A stretch of DNA of 26,220 bases from an uncultured Pseudomonadota bacterium (GTDB taxonomy: Bacteria > Oederibacteriota > Muellerivitia > Muellerivitales > Muellerivitaceae). The notes under the pieces are model-generated. The model had not been told where the DNA came from and did not search any database. It worked only from the letters and a program-made list of their open reading frames with translations. Below, piece by piece: positions 1 to 8,076 of the stretch. Both the position numbers and the translations under genes were made by a program. Each line of letters starts with the position of its first letter. Within the stretch, counting starts at the first letter, position 1. Location of the stretch: assembly GCA_963843375.1 (NCBI GenBank), contig CAWJKT010000005.1, positions 1 through 26,220 of the forward strand, read 5' to 3'.

Positions 1-46
1 TCTGAATATAAAAAGAGGCGCCTAACCAAAATTTGTCGCGTTTCAT
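1..46 (-). CDS. 5' end of a gene running off the window (MKRDKFWLGASFYIQ...), product unknown
   Basis: ATG at 46-44 with AAGGAG Shine-Dalgarno (57-52) 5 nt upstream; frame open to the window edge. Confidence 0.6.
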   Translation of the reverse strand, partial: MKRDKFWLGASFYIQ

Positions 47-49
47 GGG

Positions 50-144
50 AACTCCTTTCGTTGGGAATTTTCGGGCGTTAAATGAACGCACGAAACTCCA
101 GCCGGGTGGAAACCAAACCCGACTGGAATTACACGAAAGGAATT
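50..144 (-). promoter_or_regulatory. Structured intergenic RNA element sequestering the downstream RBS (candidate translational attenuator)
   Basis: On the minus-strand RNA, AAUUCCUUUCGU (144-133) pairs over 12 bp with ACGAAAGGAGUU (61-50, contains the SD). This stem encloses a 14-bp hairpin (130-117/107-94) and a 9-position hairpin with one mismatch (93-85/79-71). Three G-U pairs form only on the minus strand. Confidence 0.65.
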
Positions 145-145
145 T

Positions 146-463
146 TCAGATTCTTAGGACGCGGGAACTCTTGAGGGAGGAACCGGCAAAAGCAAAAATT
201 GGATTAAAAAAATCCTTCAAATGTGAAGAAATCCGCAACTTAACAATCTGTGGATTTGAAACAATGACATCTGGAGATTCCCTTTCAATAATCCGAAAGG
301 CAATATAGTTAGTGGAATGCCCGTCCGAAAGAGTCTTGTATTCTTGTTGGGCACTAGAATGAAGGGTCCCGTATTGAGTATAAGCAACTAAGGGCCGAAC
401 AACGAAAGCCGGAATCAGGACTAATACCAAAATCCGGAAAAAGATTTTTATGTTTTTTGCCAT
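146..463 (-). CDS. Small hypothetical protein with N-terminal signal/TM helix, C-terminus ...SRVLRI (candidate regulatory upstream ORF)
   Basis: ORF track gives 146..487. ATG at 463 (MAKNIKIFFRILVLVLIPAFVVRPLVA) has AGGA upstream and gives a basic n-region plus hydrophobic helix; GTG at 487 is the alternative start. Confidence 0.6.
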   Translation of the reverse strand: MAKNIKIFFRILVLVLIPAFVVRPLVAYTQYGTLHSSAQQEYKTLSDGHSTNYIAFRIIERESPDVIVSNPQIVKLRISSHLKDFFNPIFAFAGSSLKSSRVLRI

Positions 464-741
464 ATTCGAAATCCTGTTTAACCCCACTTTTAGCTTCTAT
501 AATCGTAATTATGTTTTCTTTTATACCCGAAAATCAAGGGGTAATTCATTCCCCCGATGTCATTTGTCAATCAAACACAATTCAAATGTTCCCGGAATAA
601 TTTTTCGATAGGAATTGGTATCGTTCTAGACGGAGCCTAGTTTATGGAATTTGCCAGGCATGCCCAAGTGAATCCGGCCAGACCTGGAAACGGCTTTAGG
701 AGTCTGAAACAACCGTCCACATCTCTTAAAAATAGGGGGGG

Positions 742-1107
742 CTATCCAACCATCAATAGGGCAAGCGGCAGGGCCCCTCCCGCCGCTAGCAATGCCCATA
801 GGACCCATCGGGGACGAAAGTATTTAAAAGCCACCACCAATCCAACCCCGTTACTGAAAATAAATCCGGCGGACATCAGAAGAACAAACCTTTAAAGGGG
901 CCAAGGTGAGGATTGGGGTGGTGCGTCGGGTAGTTTTTAATCCTTATGGATTTTCGCAAAGACCTTGAGTATTTCGGGAGCCTGATAGCCGTTCTTCACA
1001 TCCTTATGCAACCGGAGTGTTTGGAAAGCTCTGGAAACGGTGAAGAAAAGAAGGGTCGGGGCGATGAAACACCCCTAGAGAAGGTGAAAGCGGCTCAAAA
1101 GGTTCAT
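742..1107 (-). pseudogene. Pseudogene of a ~121-aa multi-TM membrane protein (PepSY-associated TM-helix-like) with three in-frame stops
   Basis: GGGAGG RBS (1118-1113) and ATG at 1107. One frame reads MNLLSRFHLL*GCFIAPTLLFFTVSRAFQTLRLH...AKIHKD*KLP...WPL*RFVLLMSAGFIFSNGVGLVVAFKYFRPRWVLWALLAAGGALPLALLMVG*, with stops at 1077-1075 (TAG), 939-937 (TAA) and 894-892 (TAA). Confidence 0.7.
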
Positions 1108-1155
1108 CCCGACCTCCCACAATTAAAAACTTCTTCAAAAGTGAATATTCCTTTC

Positions 1156-1917
1156 TCAATGGCTTTTTCGGGCGGCCCGTTGGGGGAAGAAAAAGATGCA
1201 GGCTAGGATGAAGAGGGCCAGGATCCCAGAGGCGGGGTAACGGTTCAAGGCCAGTCCTCCATGGTCAAGAGGCTTGTCGAGAAAATCCCCCAATACCGCG
1301 CCCAGAGGACGAGTAAGTATGAAGGCCGCCCAAAAGAGGAAGGTACGGGAGATCTTCGTGTCGTAATAAAGGCCCGCTACCACCGCCAACATAATCACGA
1401 ACACCGTTGCGCCCCCCAGGTAACCCAAGCCATCGCTATCAGCCGTCCAATCCCCCAAAGCGGTTCCCAGCGTTTGGGAAAACATAATGGTAATCCAATA
1501 AAATATCTCGGATTTCGGATCCTTGACCGAATCCACGGCTATCGTACCAAGGGTCCTATGCCAGGTGAAAAGCGACCCCATGAGTAGGCAAAAAAGCAGG
1601 GCCGAACCACCGCCATAACCGATATCCAGGGATCTGTCGGTGAAATCCGCCAAAGTCGTTCCGACCGTCGTGGTGGCAATGATAGTGAACCAGTAAATGT
1701 AAGGATGAAATCGCTTGGCCTTTATCTGAATAATGACGGCTGCCAGGAAAACGACAGCGAAGATGGCTGTTCCCACGAGGTAGCCCAGGTTCATGGACAT
1801 AGAAACCGTATCCCCCCCGGTTTCACCTAGGGTCGTGGCTGCGATCTTGATGACCCAAAAAAGAAGGGTCACCTCGGGAACTTTGCTCAAACCACTTTCA
1901 TTCGTATAATTTTTCAT
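1156..1917 (-). CDS. COG4705 family membrane protein (DUF347 repeats)
   Basis: N-terminal SKVPEVTLLFWVIKIAATTLGETGGD; four internal repeats (FW..TLGETGGD, YW..TVGTTLADF, YW..TLGTALGDW, FW..RPLGAVLGDF); highly hydrophobic. Confidence 0.9.
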   Translation of the reverse strand: MKNYTNESGLSKVPEVTLLFWVIKIAATTLGETGGDTVSMSMNLGYLVGTAIFAVVFLAAVIIQIKAKRFHPYIYWFTIIATTTVGTTLADFTDRSLDIGYGGGSALLFCLLMGSLFTWHRTLGTIAVDSVKDPKSEIFYWITIMFSQTLGTALGDWTADSDGLGYLGGATVFVIMLAVVAGLYYDTKISRTFLFWAAFILTRPLGAVLGDFLDKPLDHGGLALNRYPASGILALFILACIFFFPQRAARKSH

Positions 1918-1992
1918 GCCCGATCACTTCTACAAAATTTGAACCGCAAAAGAAAAAGCTGCCCCGGTGGCGAAGCAGTCCCTGGATAAAAT

Positions 1993-3027
1993 TCACTTCC
2001 CAACCACGAGAACATGAAAGGTCCCCGCCAAAATCTTTCGTTTGGGTTTGGGATTATCCTTCGTCGGCGTGCGAGCCGGTTCCCTTTGAGCCGTCGTCAG
2101 GAAAATTCGATCCGTTTTAGAATCAAAAGCCAGCGTCTTGGCTCCTTCTTCGGTTTGTACGTTTTCCAGCACGGCGTATTTATCCGGTGAATCTTCATGG
2201 ATAACGTTCAGCGTACCGTCGCCGCAGGAGACGAAGATGTTGCCCGATATGGGGTCGAAATAGGTACCGTCCACATGGTCACCGATGGGCAGAGTCTGGA
2301 TCACTTTCCCGTTTTTCGCGTTCATTACCACCAGGAATTTATTGTGGCAACCGCTGAACAGCCGATTGTTTTTCACGTCCATTGCAAGCCCCGAGGGGGA
2401 TTCACCCGGGGCCAATGGCCAATGCTTGGTGATCTTCATCGTCTTGGAATCGATCTTTAGAATTTCACTCTTGCTCTCTAGGTTATCGAAGACATGGCCT
2501 TTGGCGTCGGAAAGGGCCACTTCCGGGGAGCCCCCCAAGTCCAGAGTTGTAACCGCCTTGTCGGTGGCGGGATCGATGACCGTGGAATTTTGGCTGTCTC
2601 CGTTAAAGGTCATCACTTTCCCCGAGTTTTTGTCATAAATGACGACATCCGAGTCCTTCGCAGTGGGGATTTCGGCAAGGTGTTGAAACGTCTTCAAGTC
2701 AAAGACCACAACGCTTCCAGGGTCGCCGCTTGTGGCATAGCCCTTGCCCAATTCGGGCAAAAAGACCACGCCGTGGGGATGGGGGACCTTCTCGACGGTT
2801 CCCACCAACTTCAAAGTATCGGCGTCGAGCACCTGGACGCTGTCGTTATGGGTGATGTAAACCCGTCTTGCGTCGCTGTCCAGGGTCAAGAAATCAAATC
2901 CGCCGTCCCCCGGCAGGGAGACTTTTTGGAGGATCTTGTAGCCGCCACTTCCGGTATCCTGCGCGCAAGCCCCGCTCGCCAAACCCGCCAATAGCCCCAA
3001 CAGCAACAATGCCGTGAACTTATTCAT
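1993..3027 (-). CDS. Secreted YncE/YVTN-type beta-propeller protein
   Basis: Signal peptide (MNKFTALLLLGLLAGLASGACA); GDGGFDFLTLDSDARRVYITH; repeated propeller blades (PHGVVF, PSGLAMD, GAKTLAFD); GGAGG RBS. Confidence 0.85.
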   Translation of the reverse strand: MNKFTALLLLGLLAGLASGACAQDTGSGGYKILQKVSLPGDGGFDFLTLDSDARRVYITHNDSVQVLDADTLKLVGTVEKVPHPHGVVFLPELGKGYATSGDPGSVVVFDLKTFQHLAEIPTAKDSDVVIYDKNSGKVMTFNGDSQNSTVIDPATDKAVTTLDLGGSPEVALSDAKGHVFDNLESKSEILKIDSKTMKITKHWPLAPGESPSGLAMDVKNNRLFSGCHNKFLVVMNAKNGKVIQTLPIGDHVDGTYFDPISGNIFVSCGDGTLNVIHEDSPDKYAVLENVQTEEGAKTLAFDSKTDRIFLTTAQREPARTPTKDNPKPKRKILAGTFHVLVVGK

Positions 3028-3162
3028 TCCCGCCTCCTGTTTTAAATGATGAAACTTTCACCGCAGCCTCATTTACTAGTCATAGACGTACCGGTCTCAT
3101 AAACGGGCCCCGAAGAGCCGGTAGGATGAAGTATCTTTTGCCCCGGAATTCAAAAGTCCCCA

Positions 3163-4644
3163 TCAATTAACCTGCCCGCTTTCCGTGAGCTGGCCGTTTT
3201 GCGCATCCAGAAACAAAGGATGGGCAACCGGACCACCGCTAAAATCAAACATCCCCTCTAGGGAACCGGCAATCGCGTCAAAGGACCCACCACCGATGCG
3301 ACCCAGGTTCCAATTGTCCTCGATGAACCGCAGGACGGACGTTTGATCGGTCAGCGTATGGTCCACGTAATTGATTTTGGCGAACGCAGAGATGACCAGC
3401 AGGGGTAGACGGGGACCATAACCCATTCGCCCTTGGGTTCCGCCCAAGACCGGAACCCGGGGGGTTTGGGACTTGGAAGGAGAGAAATCGACGAAGGGTA
3501 TATGGGAAGCATTGACGAGCGGTGGGGCTTGGTGGTCGTACCAGCCGTCCGAATCGTCATAGCTGATGATAATAGCCATATCCGCCCAATTGGGCGATTT
3601 TTCAAGTCGGTTGATAGTCTCCACCAGGAATGTCTGCTCGCAAACGGGACCCGAATGTCCGGCATGTCCGTCCTGGTAGGCGGGTGCCTTCAGGAAGGAA
3701 ACCGCCGGCAGGTTTCCTGAATCCAGAGCACTCCAGAAATCCGCCAAGTCGTACTGGTGTTGGGCTTGGTCGTCCTTGCCGATCATGCTGACACTTGTAG
3801 GCGGAAGGTGTTTTGGGTTGGAGGTGGAAGCGTAATACTGGAAAGGTTCGTGATGGGGGGTATAATCTTTTTTCAACTCGGCGGTTTCGCAAGCATGGGC
3901 CTGGGAAGGATCTCGGAAACCACCCTGAAACCATCCCCAAGTGACCTTTTTACCGTTCAACAGGTCGCCCACATTCCTGCCAGTCATCTTTAAATGTGGA
4001 TCCCCTTTTTTGGAGGCGTCATCGAAATAGGGGTCCAGATCCCCGATAATTGTTCCATCCACAACTTTCGGGCTGGGGGACGAGCTTTCGGCCCCACCGG
4101 TCTGGCCCGAAATAAGGTTCAGGCACCCAGGGGTAGAGGGTCCATAGACCGTATTATAGGAATTGTCGCTCATGGCGAAATTCTGAGCATAATTCCACAT
4201 CGCCGTCACAACGCCGCCGTCATAATAACCCATGACCTCATAGGGCACGGCGCAGCCCTTTCCTTCGGTATATTCGACGAACTCATCCGCCTTTCCCCCG
4301 TCATAGGCCTTTTGTTCGGCGGTATAGTTGTGGTCCTGATCGCAAGTGACTTGGTCGTCCAGAAGGAAGGGCTGTGCCGAGTTGGGGTTGTGGGTCAGCA
4401 GGTTTTCCCCCAGCCCGTTCACCGCCGGACTGCCCTCTTTCGGCTGGAAAAGCACATGGCCTTTTGAGTCAGTGACGATTTTTGGATAAGTCCCGAAGTA
4501 ATGGTCGAAGGAAATGTTTTCTTGGAAGATGACCACCAAGTGTTTGATCGGGGTGGTGGTTGCGCCGTCACCTTCCAAACCAGCGAAAGCCCGACCGTAG
4601 ACAAAATACAATAAGCCCAAGCCTATTAAAACGAAACGTCGCAT
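3163..4644 (-). CDS. Exported phosphoesterase of the phospholipase C / acid phosphatase AcpA family
   Basis: Motifs IKHLVVIFQENISFDHYFG, DHNY, GPSTPG.LNLISGQT, DGHAG, YDDSDGWYDH, GYGPRLPLLVIS. Start moved to ATG 4644 (MRRFVLIGLGLLY..., signal peptide, AAGGGGGAG RBS). Confidence 0.9.
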   Translation of the reverse strand: MRRFVLIGLGLLYFVYGRAFAGLEGDGATTTPIKHLVVIFQENISFDHYFGTYPKIVTDSKGHVLFQPKEGSPAVNGLGENLLTHNPNSAQPFLLDDQVTCDQDHNYTAEQKAYDGGKADEFVEYTEGKGCAVPYEVMGYYDGGVVTAMWNYAQNFAMSDNSYNTVYGPSTPGCLNLISGQTGGAESSSPSPKVVDGTIIGDLDPYFDDASKKGDPHLKMTGRNVGDLLNGKKVTWGWFQGGFRDPSQAHACETAELKKDYTPHHEPFQYYASTSNPKHLPPTSVSMIGKDDQAQHQYDLADFWSALDSGNLPAVSFLKAPAYQDGHAGHSGPVCEQTFLVETINRLEKSPNWADMAIIISYDDSDGWYDHQAPPLVNASHIPFVDFSPSKSQTPRVPVLGGTQGRMGYGPRLPLLVISAFAKINYVDHTLTDQTSVLRFIEDNWNLGRIGGGSFDAIAGSLEGMFDFSGGPVAHPLFLDAQNGQLTESGQVN

Positions 4645-4880
4645 GAGCTCCCCCTTCATTATTTTTCCTATCACCCAATTAAATGGTGGTTCGGGAACAG
4701 CTCCCCTGACTTCCAGTTGCGCCGATTGATCCAACAAAAGTCTTGGATCTACCTAGCCCAGGGACCTTCATAGACGAACCACCTCATGTATTCCAAAACC
4801 CCTTCCCTTTTCAAAAAGGGGGAACAGAACAACCAGTCCTCGTTTTTCCAAGTGCATTGTTTCCAATTTTCTCAAACAGT

Positions 4881-5930
4881 TCATTCGGTTGTTGCGGTGA
4901 TTTGTTGAATCGCCCAAGCCGCGTTTTTCTTAGCAGTCGGGTTAATGTCGCTTGACATCTCTTCCAGAACCGGCAAGGCGTCCTTGGCGGCGTGGCCGAT
5001 TTTTCCCAGTGCGTAGGCTGCGTCAGCCCGGACTTTGAGGTCCTTGTCCTTCAAGGCTTTGGTCAAGGCCGGAATCGCCTTTTCTGCCGCAGGCCCGATA
5101 TTTCCCAGGGCGCATGAAACGCTGGTCCGAACGTTCGCGTCGTCATCCCTTAAGGAATCTACCAAGACCGACAAAACTTGAACAACTTCGGGCCCGACTT
5201 TCGAGAGCGCGAAGGCCGCGTTTCCCCGGACCCACGGCTTGGGATCGTCCAACCTGTCCGCCAAGGCCGGGATAGCCGAAACAGCCATCGGTCCAATTTC
5301 TCCTAGTAGAAGCGCGGCATTGGCTCGGGTATCCTCGTCGTTATTTTTCAGGGCTTTGGACAGGAAAGAGACTTCAGTCCTGGCTACTGGCCCCATTTCA
5401 ATAAGACGCGCGGCCAGAGAGTTCCCAACGCTATCCACATCCAAGTGCTCAATTTGATCTGCCATCCATTTTTTGTTTTCGTTTTCCATTTTTTTGATCC
5501 TGTCCTGAGCCTGTTGGCGGTCATTCGCCCCGGGCGCGGCCAGAAGGTAAAGGGTTAAGCTTTGCATGGCCTCGGGATAGAGCCCCGACTTCTCCTGGGC
5601 TTGGGCCAAATCGCAATAAGTACCGGCGTCCCAAGGCGCTAATTCCGAGGCCTTTTCAAGGAATTGAGCAGCGTCTTTAAATTGTAATTTTTCGAAAACT
5701 TCCATGGCTTTCGCTTTCCATTTGACCGCCGCGCCCGGCAGAATCGCAGAAGGTTTCATTGTGAGATCATCTTGGATAACCTTTTCTCGCAAATCTAAAT
5801 CCCGGGGGTTTTTATGAAAAGCCGCTAGGTCTTTTTTGAAAGAGGAGGATTCCTTGGGCCAGAGAGGATTTGGTGCGGAAACCGCGCATATCAAAAAGTA
5901 GAAAAAGATTAAATAATGTCTTTGGTTCAC
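4881..5930 (-). CDS. Exported TPR + HEAT (PBS-lyase-like) repeat protein
   Basis: Hydrophobic N-terminus; TPR-like segment (APWDAGTYCDLAQAQE...YLLAAP); about five HEAT repeats (TRANAALLLGEIG, VRGNAAFALSKVG, VRTSVSCALGNIG, VRADAAYALGKIG, AKKNAAWAIQQI). Confidence 0.85.
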   Translation of the reverse strand: MNQRHYLIFFYFLICAVSAPNPLWPKESSSFKKDLAAFHKNPRDLDLREKVIQDDLTMKPSAILPGAAVKWKAKAMEVFEKLQFKDAAQFLEKASELAPWDAGTYCDLAQAQEKSGLYPEAMQSLTLYLLAAPGANDRQQAQDRIKKMENENKKWMADQIEHLDVDSVGNSLAARLIEMGPVARTEVSFLSKALKNNDEDTRANAALLLGEIGPMAVSAIPALADRLDDPKPWVRGNAAFALSKVGPEVVQVLSVLVDSLRDDDANVRTSVSCALGNIGPAAEKAIPALTKALKDKDLKVRADAAYALGKIGHAAKDALPVLEEMSSDINPTAKKNAAWAIQQITATTE

Positions 5931-6100
5931 GACTTTTCTGTTCTCCTTAACGGACTGATTCGCAAGATCGTCCCGGGTTTAGGGGTTGCATGATTTCTTC
6001 CCTCTGAAAAAGGCGGTCATCCGAATAAAACCCGGAACGAATTTATAATATGGTCCACATAGTTCGACCCCACCCTTGAAGAAGTCGCCCAACTTGCGAT

Positions 6101-6727
6101 TTAATCCAGCTTGAAGCTAACCGGAAGCCGCACCCGGCAGTTAATGGGCTCGCCCATCTTATCCAAGGCCGGCCGGAACCTCGCATCCTTCAGTTTCTCC
6201 AATACCACCGTGTTGAAGGCCGGATCGGAGCCCTGCAGGATAGTCACCTTATCGACCTTCCCCTCAATGTTGATGAGAAGCTCCACAATCACCCGTCCTT
6301 CCTTCTTCTGTTTCCGCATTTCGACCGGATAATCAGTCTCGTCGATGAACCCGCCCACCAGGGACGGCTGCCGGCTGGCCACCGCCATCGGGGCGACCTC
6401 GGGAGTGGGCGTGGGGGGAACCTTGGGTGGCGGCGGGGCCTTGCTAATTTTCGCCAAGAACCAGGTCTCAGGCGGGGGTGGTGGCGCGGGCTTGGACTGT
6501 AGGCTCAGGAGCGGGGTGGCCTTGAAGTCGATATCTGTCCGGTATTCGGCATGGGCTTCCTCCCAGGCGATGATCCCCAGGGCAAGGCCGAATATCGCAC
6601 CATGAAGTAGAAAAGAAAGCAGGATCCCGCGGTAAAGAGGGCTCGCTAGGATTTCTTCGAAGGCACGGTTCATTTCAATGTTACTGAAATATCGATTCAT
6701 CAGAATACCGTTGAAAGGGGAATTCAC
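6101..6727 (-). CDS. tonB: Energy transducer TonB
   Basis: TM helix with SxxxH (SFLLH), Pro-rich linker, C-terminal YP...EGRVIVELLINIEGKV...RF.PA domain. The exact start is uncertain (GTG 6727 overlaps the exbD stop). Confidence 0.9.
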   Translation of the reverse strand: MNSPFNGILMNRYFSNIEMNRAFEEILASPLYRGILLSFLLHGAIFGLALGIIAWEEAHAEYRTDIDFKATPLLSLQSKPAPPPPPETWFLAKISKAPPPPKVPPTPTPEVAPMAVASRQPSLVGGFIDETDYPVEMRKQKKEGRVIVELLINIEGKVDKVTILQGSDPAFNTVVLEKLKDARFRPALDKMGEPINCRVRLPVSFKLD

Positions 6728-7128
6728 TATTTCCGGTCCATGGCCAGGGCAACCTTTTCGACCCCGCCCATCTTGATTGCGTCAAGGACTTGTGCCAATT
6801 TCTCATAGGGAATGTCCTTGTCTGCCTTGAGGATCACCTTCACCTCAGGGTTGACGCTCGTCTCGACCGTCATTTGTTGAGTCAGGCCGCCCAAGTCGAT
6901 GTCCTTGCGGTCGAACTTGAGTTCACCGTCTTTGCCTAGGGTCACTACTAAGGCAGGTTGGGGGGCCTTTTCTTCCTTGACCACCTTGGGCAGGTGTACC
7001 TGGAGGGCCTGTTCGCTGATGAAGGTGGCCGTTACCATGAAGATGATTAACAGCACAAGCGTGATGTCCACCATGGGGGTAACGTTGATGCCAGTGACAA
7101 GGCCCCGGTCGCTGGAACCCGGAAGCAT
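6727..7128 (-). CDS. exbD: Biopolymer transporter ExbD
   Basis: INVTPMVDITLVLLIIFMVT with the conserved Asp; VILKADKDIPY; translationally coupled to exbB and tonB. Confidence 0.93.
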   Translation of the reverse strand: MLPGSSDRGLVTGINVTPMVDITLVLLIIFMVTATFISEQALQVHLPKVVKEEKAPQPALVVTLGKDGELKFDRKDIDLGGLTQQMTVETSVNPEVKVILKADKDIPYEKLAQVLDAIKMGGVEKVALAMDRK

Positions 7129-7754
7129 TACTTGGCCTTCTCTTGCTTGAGGTAGGCTAACAGGATGCGGGAAAGACTGTCGGTGTTGGTCTGAATCTCC
7201 CCCAGGCGGGTCAGAAAGAAGTTGTTGGCGATGACCGCCGGGATGGCCACCAGGATGCCGAAGGCCGTTGCGATGAGGGCGCTGGATATGCCCGCCATGA
7301 CCACCGAGACGCCGCTTTGGCCTGTCAACCCCAGGTCGTTAAAGGCCTTGATGACGCCCAGCACCGTCCCGAAGAGCCCGACGAAAGGCGCATTGTTGCC
7401 CAGAGTCCCCAGGACGATCAAGTACTTTTCGTGTTCTAGCTTCTCCCTTAACCAGTGTGAGACCATAACCTCCTCCACCGCCGGAGCGCCTTTTTGGTAG
7501 TTTCTCAAGCCGGCCAGGGCCACCCGGGCCTCGACTCTTTGGCTTTTCTCCGCCAGGGACACTGCCCCCGGGATGTCGCCTTTTTCCAAGCTAGCCGCCA
7601 GGCCGTCCATCAAGGCGGACAAGTCGCCCCGATTCTTGCGGAAGATGCGCCAACGCTCGAACATGACCCCGATGGAGACCACGCTGGCTAGGATCAGCAA
7701 CCCGATCACCCAAGTGTCGCCCAGCAAGGCCATATGCATGAAAATCAAGCTCAT
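7128..7754 (-). CDS. exbB: MotA/TolQ/ExbB proton channel protein
   Basis: LGTLGNNAPFVGLFGTVLGVIKAF and GISSALIATAFGILVAIPA motifs; AAGGA RBS. Confidence 0.93.
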   Translation of the reverse strand: MSLIFMHMALLGDTWVIGLLILASVVSIGVMFERWRIFRKNRGDLSALMDGLAASLEKGDIPGAVSLAEKSQRVEARVALAGLRNYQKGAPAVEEVMVSHWLREKLEHEKYLIVLGTLGNNAPFVGLFGTVLGVIKAFNDLGLTGQSGVSVVMAGISSALIATAFGILVAIPAVIANNFFLTRLGEIQTNTDSLSRILLAYLKQEKAK

Positions 7755-7961
7755 TTAAATTCCTTTAAGTAAGTATTTTACTTTCATTGCGAGGTTACCC
7801 GACGAATAGTCGGGTGTTTAAAACGAAGCAACCCTAGATTAAATATTCCCTAAGATCAACCCCACGATTACCGGAAGGGCGCCCCGCTGAGTCCTCTGCC
7901 AGCAACGTTGCCCAAATTGAAACTCGACAGAAAGCACAGAATTCTTGACCTCAAATGGACC

Positions 7962-8058
7962 AAACCCGGCGCACGATTTCGGTCCCTGAAGCCGAAACCG
8001 TGCTGGGTTTCCTTAAACTCATGCCGGGTTGGACAAGGGGTTGAGAGCGAATCCCCTT
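7962..8058 (-). terminator. Stem-loops downstream of the receptor gene (terminator or mRNA-stabilising hairpins)
   Basis: Imperfect long inverted repeat 7962-8010 (AAACCCGGCGCACGATTTCGG...CCGAAACCGTGCTGGGTTT) and AAGGGGTT...AATCCCCTT at 8035-8058. Confidence 0.4.
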
Positions 8059-8076
8059 AAATTAAGCCCAGTCGCC

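Noticed and set aside
742..1107. Stop-codon reassignment as the explanation for the three in-frame stops
   Set aside because: TAA and TAG end well-recognised genes at their expected C-termini in this window (tonB, exbB, exbD, TBDR, istB), so the standard code applies.
626..1206. Short track ORFs 644..895, 946..1206 and 626..808 as real genes
   Set aside because: No motifs; the region is better explained by the minus-strand pseudogene at 742-1107.
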